From the NCBI GenBank assembly GCA_040386535.1, contig JAZKFH010000043.1:1-64000 (forward strand): a DNA stretch of 64,000 nt, in the 5' to 3' direction. Below are positions 1 to 9,926 of the stretch, one piece after another; the stretch's first letter is position 1, and each line of letters begins with the position of its first letter. The position numbers and the translations under genes were made by a program. The notes beneath the pieces were generated by a model that saw only the letters and a list, made by a program, of their open reading frames with translations, was not told the DNA's origin and did no database searches. This stretch comes from Myxococcota bacterium (GTDB taxonomy: Bacteria > Myxococcota_A > UBA796 > SXON01).

Positions 1-118
1 GCCAGGCGCCCGGCGGGCGCCCGCTCGGCGGGCGGTCCCGGCGCCGCGCCGGACCGAGCGGCTCCGCCGCGAGCCCACAGGGCACCGGCCCGCCCCGTCC
101 CCGGGGCGGGAGGCGCCC
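1..118 (-). repeat. Dispersed structured intergenic element, copy 1 (truncated by window edge)
   Basis: Reverse complement reads GGGCGCC-hairpin-...GGCTCGCGGCGGAGCCGCTCGGTC-hairpin-G-GACC-hairpin-GGGCGCCTGGC; closely similar to copy at 9691-9836; starts 2 nt after the stop of 121..717(-). Confidence 0.85.
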
Positions 119-120
119 GA

Positions 121-717
121 TCAATCACACGCCCCCACGCTCCGAACCTCGCCCTTCTCCACCCAATACCAGGTCGAGCAGTAGCACACCGTGTCGAGGG
201 TCAACGCCGCCTCCGGCGCACGACACACCTCCACCGCCGCCGGGGCCGTGAGTTGGTCGGGGCTCACCAGCGCGTCGCGCAGCACACGCTCGCCCGCCGG
301 CTTGGGCGCGATCGGGCGGTACACGATCCCCATGCCGGCGGGCGGCGGCATCTCCACGATCACGCGCGCGGGCCCCGCCGCGGGCAGCAGCACCAACGCC
401 GACCGCCGCGTGCTCGTTTCCACCGCGAGCGTCATCACGTCGGGTGCGCCGTCCTTGTCGAAGTCACCGGCCACCGACGGACACGCCAGCTCGGGCGCCT
501 CCGCCACGAGCGCGAGCGCGGCCGGCACGTAGTCGTCGAGCGTCGCCGCCACCCACGGCGCGGGGAGGCCCTTCACCGGGGGGCACGCGGGTGCCACGAC
601 CACCGGCTTCACCACCGGCGCCTCTGTCACCACGGGCGCCACAGGTGTCACAACCGGCGCCTCCCCCTTCGAGGAGCACGCACCCACCACTACCAACAAG
701 AGCAATCTCACGGCCAC
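121..717 (-). CDS. Hypothetical lipoprotein (candidate immunity/partner of upstream peptidase effector)
   Basis: Lipobox-like LLLLVVVGAC, Pro/Val-rich tether, one GDFDKDGAPD Ca-binding-type motif, several Cys; overlaps the stop of 708..2060. Confidence 0.7.
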   Translation of the reverse strand: MAVRLLLLVVVGACSSKGEAPVVTPVAPVVTEAPVVKPVVVAPACPPVKGLPAPWVAATLDDYVPAALALVAEAPELACPSVAGDFDKDGAPDVMTLAVETSTRRSALVLLPAAGPARVIVEMPPPAGMGIVYRPIAPKPAGERVLRDALVSPDQLTAPAAVEVCRAPEAALTLDTVCYCSTWYWVEKGEVRSVGACD

Positions 718-2060
718 GCAGCGTGCACGTGGGTGTCATGGTCCGCGGTGCCGGGCCCGAGCACCTCGGTGGCGCCGAGCTCGCGGCACGCGTCCATGAA
801 CGCGCGGAAGTCGGGGTTGCGCGCGCTGACGCGGGCGCCGTTGATCCGGTTCACGTCGATGGCGACGCCACGATAATGCCGCGACCGCCGGCTGTGGGAG
901 CCGCCGGTGAGCTCGGAGATGGCGAAGTCGAAGTCGTAGGGGGCGCGGGAGAGCGCGCCGATGGCGTCGAGCGTGACCTGGGAGGGGTCGACCTCACCGC
1001 CGGGGGCGTTTCCGTAGTCGGAGAGCTCGGGCAGGCCGCCCTCGACGATGGACTGGACGTTGTCGGCGGCGGTGGCGTTGTCCTCCACGCCGCTCGAGTG
1101 CGCGGTCGCGAGGGTGATGCTGGTGTTCGTCTGGATGTTGGTGAAGGCGCCGACGGACCGCGTGGTCCGCTCGATGTAGAGCGCCAGGGCGGACTCGACC
1201 TCGGCGTCGGTGAGGCCGGCCAGCACGTCGTCACAGACGCCCCGGGCCTCGCCCAGGTACAGCGGCATGCGCTCGGCGGCGCGCCCCGGGCCGGCGTCGT
1301 AGCGGGTGCGCGCGTCGGTGAGGACGGCCTCGGAGTCGACCACCACGGCGCCGTCGAGCGGGCTCGAGCCGCCCACCTCGTTGTCGCGCGCGACCTGCAG
1401 CGTGGCGCCGAGCGCGGCGTGCACGGCGTCGTGGATGGCCTGGTGCACGCGCTCGCACAGGCCCACGTCGAGCGTGGAGAGCACGGCGGGCAGCGCGGCG
1501 ATGGCGCGGTCGCGCAGCTCAGTCTCCAACGCGGCGGCGTCGGTGACGGCGAGATCGGTCTCGGCCGCCTCGGCGAGGTCTTCGCCGGGCTCGACGGTGG
1601 CCTCGCAGGTCTGGAAGTGAACCTCGGTCACCCCCTCCATCACGTGGGCGACCTCATGCGAAACGTCGGCACGCGTCGGCGTGTCCGAGGCGAACGCCAC
1701 CACGTCCCCACGCGCCGCGCCCCGCACCGAGAGCGACGTCAACGCGCTCGTGGTGGCCTCGTCCCCGAACCGGGCGCTCACGCGCGCCACGTCGGGGCCG
1801 AACTGTGCCTCCATCTGCTGGCGGAACGGCAGCGCGCGCGCCGGCGCCGTCTCGATGGTATCGAACAGCGCCTCCCGCTGGCCCCGCAGCTGCGCCACGA
1901 CCGCCGCGTTGCCGCCGCCGCCGGCCTCCTGGAGCCCCATCCGGCCGCCGCGCGGCGTGGCGCTCTCGGTGGGGCCCTGTGAGAGGGCCTGCGAGGAGCC
2001 CTGCGTGGGCGCCTCCGTCGACATCGTCCGCAAGGCGTTCGTCTTCGCTTGGCTCTTCAT
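708..2060 (-). CDS. DUF4157 (eCIS core)-domain protein with C-terminal Zn D-Ala-D-Ala peptidase-like (M15/LAS) domain
   Basis: [10 protein letters not shown]-terminal motif; [12 protein letters not shown]...[11 protein letters not shown]4157-like block; C-terminal [10 protein letters not shown] (SxHxxGxAxD) and HVH zinc ligands. Confidence 0.75.
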   Translation of the reverse strand: MKSQAKTNALRTMSTEAPTQGSSQALSQGPTESATPRGGRMGLQEAGGGGNAAVVAQLRGQREALFDTIETAPARALPFRQQMEAQFGPDVARVSARFGDEATTSALTSLSVRGAARGDVVAFASDTPTRADVSHEVAHVMEGVTEVHFQTCEATVEPGEDLAEAAETDLAVTDAAALETELRDRAIAALPAVLSTLDVGLCERVHQAIHDAVHAALGATLQVARDNEVGGSSPLDGAVVVDSEAVLTDARTRYDAGPGRAAERMPLYLGEARGVCDDVLAGLTDAEVESALALYIERTTRSVGAFTNIQTNTSITLATAHSSGVEDNATAADNVQSIVEGGLPELSDYGNAPGGEVDPSQVTLDAIGALSRAPYDFDFAISELTGGSHSRRSRHYRGVAIDVNRINGARVSARNPDFRAFMDACRELGATEVLGPGTADHDTHVHAAWP

Positions 2061-2177
2061 GGACGACCGCCCTGCGTTGTACTCCTTCGTGTAGTCGATC
2101 CGTCACCGGCTGTCATGCCCGTGGTGCACACGCGGAAGCGCCCGCCCGCGGGTCAGGCCGCCGGATAAAGAAGAGCG

Positions 2178-2894
2178 ATGCAAACCCCCGCACTCGACAA
2201 CAATACGCTGGTCACGGGCCTCGGGCAGCACGGCGTGCGCGTGTTGGGGGTCGAGGCGACACAGCTTCCGGCCCTCGGGGACGCGAACTTACGTCGCCTC
2301 GTCGCGCTCGCCGCCGAGGCCGCGAACACCTTCCTGGCGGACGGCGCGGCCTCGCGCGAGGAGCTGCAGCTCGCCCGCGTGGTGCGCGAACACGTGGAGC
2401 ACCTCCTCCACACCCACCACGGCAACCGCCCGCTGCTCCCGCGCCTGCGCGCCGAGCTGTTCCGCCCGGGGGACGCGCTCGCGATCTACGTGGGTGACAC
2501 CTTCTCGGACGCCGCCTACGCTTGGGTGCCGGCCACGGTCACGTCGGTGGTCAAGTCGCAGAAGCCGGAGTTCACGCGCGATCTCGCCACGCGCGGCTTC
2601 TACTGGCGTGTCACCGCCGACGTCGTCGGGCACGTGGCGGGCCTGCCTCCCTCGTTCGCGTTCTCGACCACCGAGCCGCGCGTGTTGTTGCGGGAGGACC
2701 TCGGCTACCTCCTCTCCGCGTTCGAGAACGACCTCTCCTTTCTCGCCACGTATTGTGCCAACTCCGTGCGCGACTGGCCGCCGATCTGGGCGCTCGAGGC
2801 GGGCCGGGACGCCGCGGTGCCGTCGCTCCCGCTCGCTCGCTGGCTGCTCCGCGGGTCCCTGCACCCGGAGCTGCGCGCCCTGCGCACCTGGTAG
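2178..2894 (+). CDS. Hypothetical protein
   Basis: 238-aa ORF with normal composition and GC-rich third positions; no motif recognised. Confidence 0.65.
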   Translation: MQTPALDNNTLVTGLGQHGVRVLGVEATQLPALGDANLRRLVALAAEAANTFLADGAASREELQLARVVREHVEHLLHTHHGNRPLLPRLRAELFRPGDALAIYVGDTFSDAAYAWVPATVTSVVKSQKPEFTRDLATRGFYWRVTADVVGHVAGLPPSFAFSTTEPRVLLREDLGYLLSAFENDLSFLATYCANSVRDWPPIWALEAGRDAAVPSLPLARWLLRGSLHPELRALRTW

Positions 2895-2899
2895 GCCCC

Positions 2900-3757
2900 G
2901 TGCACCCCCTCGATCCGTTCGGTTTTGGACAACCCGGGTTCCGCAAACACGCCGCGCGGTTCGACCCCGCCGATTTGGATCGGGACCTGCGCGGCCTCGT
3001 GGTCGCCATCACCGGGGCCAACTCGGGCCTCGGCCTCGCCGCCACCCGCGCGCTGGCCGCCCGCGGCGCCACCGTTTGGATGTTGTGCCGGGACCTGCAG
3101 AAGGCCGAGATCGCGCGCGCCACCGCCCCGGGTGACACCCGCATCGCCCAACTCGACGTGTCCGTGCGCGCTTCCATCGCCGCGCTCGCCATCCCCACGC
3201 CCGACGTGCTCGTCCACAACGCCGGCCAGCTCGCCAGCGCCTACGAGGCTGTCGAGGGCCTCGAGCGTACCGTCGCCACCCACGTTGTCGGCCCGTGGCG
3301 CCTGTCCCGGCGGCTCCCGGCGGCGACGACCATCTGGGTCACCAGCGGCGGGATGTACACCCAGAAGCTCGACGTGGCAGCCCTCTTCGCGCCCCCGCCC
3401 GCGGGTGCCGCATCGTTCGACGGCGTCGCCGCCTACGCCCGCTGCAAGCGCGCCCAGGTCGTGCTCGCGCGCCGGCTCGGCCACCACGCGATGCACCCCG
3501 GCTGGGCCGACAGCCCCGGCGTCGCGTCCAGCCTCCCACGCTTCCACCGCCTCACCCGCGGCGTCCTGCGCACCCCCGACGAGGGCGCCGACACCATCGT
3601 CTGGCTCGCCGCCACGCGCCCCTCCACGCCGGCGTTCTGGTTCGACCGGGCGGTCGCCCCCGAGCACGTGTTGCCGTGGACACGGGGTGCGCCGGCCGAC
3701 GCGTCGGCGGAGGAGGATGCGCTGCTCGCGCGGCTCGCGGCGCTCACGGGGGCGTGA
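2900..3757 (+). CDS. Short-chain dehydrogenase/reductase (DHRS12-like)
   Basis: TGANSGLG Rossmann motif, HNAG, SGGMY, YARCK (YxxxK), MHPGWAD; GTG start at 2900 chosen just after the upstream stop. Confidence 0.85.
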   Translation: MHPLDPFGFGQPGFRKHAARFDPADLDRDLRGLVVAITGANSGLGLAATRALAARGATVWMLCRDLQKAEIARATAPGDTRIAQLDVSVRASIAALAIPTPDVLVHNAGQLASAYEAVEGLERTVATHVVGPWRLSRRLPAATTIWVTSGGMYTQKLDVAALFAPPPAGAASFDGVAAYARCKRAQVVLARRLGHHAMHPGWADSPGVASSLPRFHRLTRGVLRTPDEGADTIVWLAATRPSTPAFWFDRAVAPEHVLPWTRGAPADASAEEDALLARLAALTGA

Positions 3758-3807
3758 CGAGGGTCCAGGCGCGCGCAGTCCGCACCGCTGGACGCTACGT
3801 GGGAAGA

Positions 3808-6234
3808 ATGCGGCACCCGCTCCTGCTCCTCCTCCTCGCGGCCTGTCACGATGCGACCAAGGCTCCCGCGGCGGATGACACGGACACGGACACGACGGCA
3901 GACGACACGGCGCCCGACACCGACACAGGGAGCGACACCGACACAGGGAGCGACACCGACTTCGGCGCGCCCAACACGGGCGACATCGTCGAGACCGTGT
4001 CGGTCGGGGCCCCGGAGAACGTCCGTATCGGCGGCGCGGCCGACCTCGACGGCGACGGTTTGGACGAGCTCCTCCTCACCTCGAGCTGGGGCCAGCTCTG
4101 GATCGCGCGCATCGACGCGCACGCGCGGACCGGCGGGGTCGGCCTCGTCGACGGCGTCGACTCCGATTCCGCATGGCCGGTGGGGAACGGCCAGATCGTG
4201 GTCTACGAGGGCCGGGACGACGGCACGAGCGTGGCCACGGTCACGCCGGCGGGGGACGGCTGGGCGGCCGCCAAGGTGAGGCTGGACCACGAGATCCTGT
4301 GGGCCGCGCCTGCCGGAGACCTCGACGGCGACGGGATCACCGACGTGCTCCTCCGCTACGCCGCCGAGTACGGCGCCGACCTCGTCATCGTCCGCGGCCC
4401 GCTCGCGCCCCGGCTCGCCGACCACGAGATCGCGCGGATCACCGGGTGGGCCGACACCCACGTCACAAGCACGTCCACGGCCGTCTCGACCGCCGACGTC
4501 GACGGAGACGGCGCCGACGACCTGCTCACCGTCGACACCGAGCTGGATGCGCTCCGCATCGTGTACGGGCCGCTCGCCGTCGGCACGACAGGATCCCTCG
4601 CCGACCTCGCGGCGACCACCATCCCGCTCGACGAGGGCCTCATCGGCAGCAACCCGGGCGTGGTCGACGATCTCGACGGCGACGGCACACGCGAAGTGGC
4701 CGTCGGCACGGCGTTCGGCATCCTGATCTACGACGGGCTCGTGCCCGGACTGGACGCGGCCGTGCCCGAGCACGTCATCCCCGCCTACCGACCGGCCACC
4801 GTGGGCGGGCCCCTCCGGGCGCTGGTGGCGGTGCTCGACGGCGAGGCCGCGTGGTGGTCGGCACCGCCGGTTCGCGGCGCGTGGCGTCCGGACGCGACGG
4901 TGGCGTGGAGCGGCGTCTTCGGGCGCTTCGGAGGGCCCGAGGCGAGCGACTACGCGTGGTTGACCTCCCGGAGCCTCCACGCCGCGCCCGGGTGGAGCGC
5001 CGCGCCCGGCGACGACCTCGATCGCGACGGCTTCGGCGCCGCGGACGACTGCGACGACGCCGACCCCGCGCGCCGCCCCGAGGCGCCCGAGCGCGGCGAC
5101 GGCCTGGACGACGACTGTGACGGCGCCGTGGACGAGACCACGCCGGTGGACCCCGTCCTGACACATTCGTGGACGGGCGACCGCAACGATCAGCTCGGCC
5201 AGTCCGTCGCCGTGTGGGGCGACAGCGGCGGCACGGGGCTCGTCGTGTCGCGCGTCGGTGGGGTTCCGCGCGTGATCGATCCGGTCACGGGCGTGGCGGC
5301 CGACCTCGATCTGTTCGACGGGGGCGTCGCCAGCTTCGGCGCCGCCGGGGACATGGATGGCGACGGGCTGGCGGAGCTGCTCGCGACCTCCGGCCGTCCC
5401 GACAACCCCGAGCTCGCCGTCCTCTTCGGGCCCGCCGCGGCCGCCGAGGTCGCCTACGACGAGCCCCGCATCCAGTACATCGGGCCCGTCGGGGCCGTGG
5501 GCGACCTCGACGGCGACGGGCTGACCGAGGGCGTCGTGACCGGCGTCTCCTATGCCAGCGAAGACGAGTGGCTCTCCCAGCTCGTCGTCGCCCGCGTGGA
5601 CCCGTCCCGCGCGCTCGCGCTCGAGACCGTCGACGGGCTCCGCGGCGAGCCCGTTGGCCCCGTCGACCTCGACGGCGACGGCTACGACGACCTGCTCCTC
5701 GCCGACAGCGGCACCGCCTCGTTCCGGCTCGGCCCGATCGTCGACGGCGCGCTCGCCGCCCGCCCCGAGGACGGCACGTTCGTCACCAGCGGCACCCTCC
5801 GCGCCGGCGACATCGACGGCGACGGGCGCACCGACCTCGTCGTGACCTCCTGGGAGCACGTCGTCTCCGTGGCGCACGGGCCGTGGGGCGCGGCCGCCTG
5901 GGACCTCGGCACCGAGGCCGACGCGATGCTCTCGGGCCCCGCGGGTTTTGTCGGCGTGGCGTGGGCGCCCGGGGAGTGGCTGTTCGTCGCCGCCCCCACC
6001 GCCGATCGCGACGCGGGGCGCGTCCTCGGCTTCCCCCTTCCCCTCGCCGCGACCCTCACCGAGGACGACGCGACCCTCCGCGTGGACGGCGCCCTGCCAC
6101 GCGCGGCGGCCGGCAGCGCCCTCGTCACGGCCGACCTCGACGGCGACGGCGTGCTGGACCTCGTGGTCTCCAGCCCGGACGAGGCCGCGGCCCTCGACGA
6201 CGAGGGCGTGGTGCGGATCTACGCCCTGCCCTGA
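3808..6234 (+). CDS. FG-GAP/integrin-alpha-like repeat lipoprotein with MopE-related Cys/Asp metal-binding motif
   Basis: MRHPLLLLLLAAC lipobox, DT-rich linker, many GDLDGDG repeats, DCDDADP...DDDCDGAVDE motif. Confidence 0.85.
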   Translation: MRHPLLLLLLAACHDATKAPAADDTDTDTTADDTAPDTDTGSDTDTGSDTDFGAPNTGDIVETVSVGAPENVRIGGAADLDGDGLDELLLTSSWGQLWIARIDAHARTGGVGLVDGVDSDSAWPVGNGQIVVYEGRDDGTSVATVTPAGDGWAAAKVRLDHEILWAAPAGDLDGDGITDVLLRYAAEYGADLVIVRGPLAPRLADHEIARITGWADTHVTSTSTAVSTADVDGDGADDLLTVDTELDALRIVYGPLAVGTTGSLADLAATTIPLDEGLIGSNPGVVDDLDGDGTREVAVGTAFGILIYDGLVPGLDAAVPEHVIPAYRPATVGGPLRALVAVLDGEAAWWSAPPVRGAWRPDATVAWSGVFGRFGGPEASDYAWLTSRSLHAAPGWSAAPGDDLDRDGFGAADDCDDADPARRPEAPERGDGLDDDCDGAVDETTPVDPVLTHSWTGDRNDQLGQSVAVWGDSGGTGLVVSRVGGVPRVIDPVTGVAADLDLFDGGVASFGAAGDMDGDGLAELLATSGRPDNPELAVLFGPAAAAEVAYDEPRIQYIGPVGAVGDLDGDGLTEGVVTGVSYASEDEWLSQLVVARVDPSRALALETVDGLRGEPVGPVDLDGDGYDDLLLADSGTASFRLGPIVDGALAARPEDGTFVTSGTLRAGDIDGDGRTDLVVTSWEHVVSVAHGPWGAAAWDLGTEADAMLSGPAGFVGVAWAPGEWLFVAAPTADRDAGRVLGFPLPLAATLTEDDATLRVDGALPRAAAGSALVTADLDGDGVLDLVVSSPDEAAALDDEGVVRIYALP

Positions 6235-6254
6235 GCCGGTGGGGTCCGCGGGCG

Positions 6255-7292
6255 ATGCGCGGTGATAGTCCGTCCCCCGTGGACCGCCCCACCGCCGACG
6301 CCCCGCATCGCATCCTGCCGATCACGGATCGTGCGGCGGGCCGTCGCGCGGACGTGTTCCTGTCGCTGAGGTTCAACGACTGGTCGCGCACGGCGCTCGC
6401 GGGGTTCATCCGCTCGGGGCACGTCGTGTCGGACTCGCGCCCGCTCAAGCCCAGCTCCACGCTCAAGCAGGGCGAGGTGCTCCGCATCTACATCCCCGGC
6501 ATCGCCCCCCACGACGAGCAGCCCCCGATGCCGCCGGTGTTGTGGGAGGACGAGTGGCTCCTCGCGGTTGACAAGCCGTCGGGACTGCTCATGCACCCGG
6601 TGGGCCAGAAGTGGTCGTGGGGTCTGGTTGGCGTTGTCCGCCGCGCGCGCCCCGGCGCCGACATCGACTTGGCGCACCGCCTCGACCGGGAGACCTCGGG
6701 CGTCGTCATCGTGACCAAACACGCCGACGCCAACCGGCACCTCAAGAAGATGTTCTCCGAGCGCAAGGTCGGCAAGGTGTACTGGGCCATCGTGCGCGGC
6801 ACCCCCACGTGGGACGAACACACCTGCGACGCGCCGCTCGGCCACGCCGCGGGCAGCGAGGTGGTCCTGCGCCAGGGCGCCAACGTCGACGGCGCCGTGG
6901 CCCGCACCCGCTTCAAGGTCGTGCACCGCATCCCCGCGAGCGGGGGCCCCGCCTACTCGCTCGTGGCGTGCAAGCCCCTCACCGGCCGCACTCACCAGAT
7001 CCGCGCGCACCTCGAGCACGTCGGCTTCCCCATCCTCGGCGACAAGCTCTACGGCCAGACCGACGACGTGTTCCTCGAGCTCCTCGACAAGGGCGCCACC
7101 CCCCGCGTGCGCGAGCTCATCGGTTTTCCGCGCCACGCCCTCCACGCCCGCTCCATCGCCTTTCCCCACCCCAAGACCGGCCAGATCGTCCGCGTCCGCG
7201 CGCCGCTGCCGCCCGATTTGCGCGCGATCGTGCACGGGGGGGCGCCCATCTGGGGGGAGCCGTTGGTTCCACCTGTCATCGAGGGCGAGTAA
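6255..7292 (+). CDS. RluA/RluD-family RNA pseudouridine synthase
   Basis: N-terminal S4-like region, VDKPSGL, HRLDRETSG catalytic motif, TGRTHQIRAH, GDKLYG, ALHA. Confidence 0.95.
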   Translation: MRGDSPSPVDRPTADAPHRILPITDRAAGRRADVFLSLRFNDWSRTALAGFIRSGHVVSDSRPLKPSSTLKQGEVLRIYIPGIAPHDEQPPMPPVLWEDEWLLAVDKPSGLLMHPVGQKWSWGLVGVVRRARPGADIDLAHRLDRETSGVVIVTKHADANRHLKKMFSERKVGKVYWAIVRGTPTWDEHTCDAPLGHAAGSEVVLRQGANVDGAVARTRFKVVHRIPASGGPAYSLVACKPLTGRTHQIRAHLEHVGFPILGDKLYGQTDDVFLELLDKGATPRVRELIGFPRHALHARSIAFPHPKTGQIVRVRAPLPPDLRAIVHGGAPIWGEPLVPPVIEGE

Positions 7293-7304
7293 GGTCGGGT
7301 CGTG

Positions 7305-7820
7305 TCAATCGACCCCGACCAGCTCGCCGCTCGACGTGACCGTGTAGACACAGCCCTCATCGGATGTGTACGACTCTGTCGAAGCCCATTCAGTGGTGCC
7401 GTAGACACACGGATCGCCCGCCCCGACGACATCGACCGCCGCGGATCCGACGAGCTCCCAACTCTCGCCGGACGCGCTGACGAACGGCAGATCCCCGGCG
7501 GACAAGCTCGCCTCGTAGTCCACCTGGCAACCGGCAGCCGTTCCCGCGGCGAACGGTAGGTCGTCCCGCGCGACCGCGACGTGCTGTTGCGCGAAGCGGA
7601 GGGTGTACGCGAGGGTGGCCGGGTGCTCCACGCCCCCGTCGGCGGCGCAGCTGTTCGTGACCTTGCCGACCGTGAGCAGGTAATGGAAGTCGGAGATACA
7701 CACTCCGCCTTCCGGGTGGCCTTCGGCGCAGCCGGTGTCTGCCGGGCCGCCGTCGTCCTGGCTGGCGCAGCCGGCGAGGACGGTGAGCAGCAGGCCGAGG
7801 GGTCGATGGAGGAGCGGCAT
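7305..7820 (-). CDS. Hypothetical lipoprotein
   Basis: MPLLHRPLGLLLTVLAGC lipobox, ADTG linker, several Cys; start trimmed from the 7305..7919 ORF. Confidence 0.6.
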   Translation of the reverse strand: MPLLHRPLGLLLTVLAGCASQDDGGPADTGCAEGHPEGGVCISDFHYLLTVGKVTNSCAADGGVEHPATLAYTLRFAQQHVAVARDDLPFAAGTAAGCQVDYEASLSAGDLPFVSASGESWELVGSAAVDVVGAGDPCVYGTTEWASTESYTSDEGCVYTVTSSGELVGVD

Positions 7821-7903
7821 CGGCGGTTGATAGCGGGGGTTCGCTGAGGGGGCAAGGCGTCGATGGGGTAGCGAACGAGCCCCTCCAGGAGTACCCTCGC
7901 CAG

Positions 7904-8380
7904 ATGCGCTCGCCTTCACTCCCCATCGTCGTCGCCCTCCTGGCCCTGCAGAGTCTTGCCTGCACCTGGGTGAAGTATTGCTTCCAGACCGATATCCAAA
8001 TCGGCATCGAGGGCAAGTCGTGCCTTTGCTCCCCGGACATGGCCAACTGCAACGTTGACTGTGGCGGGGAGCCCTGCGAGACCTTCTGCGACAACAAGAA
8101 CGACTGTAACGTGGATTGTGTCGACAATGACTACTGCGAGGTCAGCGGCAGGTCCGAATCGGTGTTCATCGATTGTGGTGGCTCAGCCTTCTGCGACGTG
8201 AGCTGTGAGCAGTCCTCGTCGTGCGAGGTCGACTGTACCGACGGCAACTGCATCGTCACGTGCAACGAAGGGGACTGCACGGTGCGGAATTGTGACCTCG
8301 CCAGCGAGGACTGTGTCGTCGAGTGCGGGATGCTTGGTCCCTCGGCGCGGCAAGAGGGCGACGACGCTGTTTGCGGGTAG
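7904..8380 (+). CDS. Cys-rich repeat lipoprotein
   Basis: LQSLAC lipobox; 23 Cys in 158 aa in recurring CxVxC units. Confidence 0.75.
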   Translation: MRSPSLPIVVALLALQSLACTWVKYCFQTDIQIGIEGKSCLCSPDMANCNVDCGGEPCETFCDNKNDCNVDCVDNDYCEVSGRSESVFIDCGGSAFCDVSCEQSSSCEVDCTDGNCIVTCNEGDCTVRNCDLASEDCVVECGMLGPSARQEGDDAVCG

Positions 8381-8453
8381 ATCCTCGCCCGCTGCGCCGA
8401 ACGCAGGCGGGCGGCGTGCGGTACTGGTTCAGGCTCTGTGTTAGCGTGCACGG

Positions 8454-9668
8454 ATGGACTGCACCCCTCCGGAAAGTTGGGCCGAGATGGCCGAATGGCG
8501 CGCGGACACAGGCCGGCTGCCCGACGTGTACACCGCGCTCTGGCAGCTCGCGGACGAGATCATGGACGGCGCGTTCGACTGCCCGGCGGTGAACACGGAC
8601 TACAGCCCGTGGCCGCTGTCCGGCGGCTGCACCACCCCGGGCGGCTACGCCCTGGAGCTCGACGGCGCCTGGGGCGGCGGCGCCTACTGGTGGACCGCCA
8701 CGATCACCCCCACCGACGGCGCCGACGGCTCGCTCCCCACCGGCACCATCACGCTGGAGCGTGAGGACAGCTCCTCGGGCACCAGCAGCTCCGGGGGCAC
8801 CGCCCTCGCCATCGTGGCGTCCTGGACGTTCGAGGACGCGGGCACCACCGGCCTCCCGCTCGTCGGCAACATGGACGGGTCGTCGAGCGGCGGCTGGGGC
8901 GGCTGCGGCAGCGGCGAGAGTTCGGACGACCTGATCGGCGAGGTCGACGGTTGCGTGTTCGCCGTAGCCTACGAACGACGCACCTATACGAGCTACGCGT
9001 CTCCGCTCGAAACCCACACCCTGGCCGGCGCCACCTGGTCGGCCGAGGTCACCTACGACGTGTGTGGCACGCGGCTCGGCACGTGGGACAGCGCCCGTTT
9101 CCGCCTCGACGAGGATTGGGCGGAGCTGCCCTTCACCGATCTCGACGGGGACGGCTGCGCGGTCGAGGACTGCGACTGTGACGACAGCGACGCGACCATC
9201 TACCCCGGCGCCCGCGACACGCGCGACGACGGCATCGACAGCGACTGTGTCGAAGGCGACGACCCCGTTCGTGACGACTGCTACCACATCGTGGACGCGT
9301 GCCCGCCCGAGGATCCGGTTGACACGGGGGTGGCGGTCGACACGGGGGCGGCGGTTGACACGGGGGTGCCGGTGGACACATCCGCGCCAGTGGACACGTC
9401 CGTACCCCTCGACACGTCGGTACCCGTCGACACGTCGGTACCCGTCGACACCGCGCCCCCCGTCGACACCGCGCCCCCCGTCGACACCGCGCCCCCGATT
9501 GACACCTCGGCCCCAATAGACACGGCGCCCGCCGTCGACGCCGCCCCCGAAACACCTGCCCCCGATTCCCGCGCGTGCGGCCATGCCCCCTCCGGCGAGC
9601 GCGGCGGCGTGCTGCTCCTGGGGCTCCTCGCCCTCCTCCGGCGGCGCAAGGTGTCACCCGCACGGTAG
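8454..9668 (+). CDS. Surface protein with MopE-related motif, PVDT repeats and MYXO-CTERM-like anchor
   Basis: DCDDSDATIYPGA...DSDC motif; (PVDTxx)n; C-terminal ACG...GVLLLGLLALLRRRK. Confidence 0.75.
   Translation: MDCTPPESWAEMAEWRADTGRLPDVYTALWQLADEIMDGAFDCPAVNTDYSPWPLSGGCTTPGGYALELDGAWGGGAYWWTATITPTDGADGSLPTGTITLEREDSSSGTSSSGGTALAIVASWTFEDAGTTGLPLVGNMDGSSSGGWGGCGSGESSDDLIGEVDGCVFAVAYERRTYTSYASPLETHTLAGATWSAEVTYDVCGTRLGTWDSARFRLDEDWAELPFTDLDGDGCAVEDCDCDDSDATIYPGARDTRDDGIDSDCVEGDDPVRDDCYHIVDACPPEDPVDTGVAVDTGAAVDTGVPVDTSAPVDTSVPLDTSVPVDTSVPVDTAPPVDTAPPVDTAPPIDTSAPIDTAPAVDAAPETPAPDSRACGHAPSGERGGVLLLGLLALLRRRKVSPAR
9315..9548 (+). repeat. 18-bp coding tandem repeat (PVDTxx)
   Basis: About 13 degenerate 18-nt units such as CCCGTCGACACGTCGGTA. 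Confidence 0.9.
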
Positions 9669-9690
9669 CGCTCCGTTGCGGTCCCAAGTT

Positions 9691-9836
9691 GGGCGCCCCC
9701 CGCCCCGAGGACGGGGCGGGTCGGTCCCCTCTCGGCTCGCGGCAGAGCCGCTCGGTCCGCCGCGCCGTCGCCGCTGCCGCGTCGCCGTCCCGCCGGGACC
9801 GCCCGCCGAGCGGGCGCCGGCCGGGCGCCTGGCGCG
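9691..9836 (+). repeat. Dispersed structured intergenic element, copy 2
   Basis: GGGCGCC start, core GGCTCGCGGCAGAGCCGCTCGGTC at 9734-9757, GACC, GGGCGCCTGGCGCG end; 22 nt after stop at 9668. Confidence 0.85.
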
Positions 9837-9926
9837 CCGAGGCCCGCTTCGGCGCGATCGTCTCGGTGGTCAGCGCTCCGGCCGGACGAAACCCGCCCAC
9901 CTGTTCGACAGGTACCCCGACCGGGT

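Noticed and set aside
9691..9836. Structured element as hammerhead/HDV ribozyme, attC site, tRNA or intrinsic terminator
   Set aside because: No CUGANGA/GAAA core, no recognisable HDV pseudoknot, no RYYYAAC/GTTRRRY boxes, no T-loop, and a U-tract follows only one copy.
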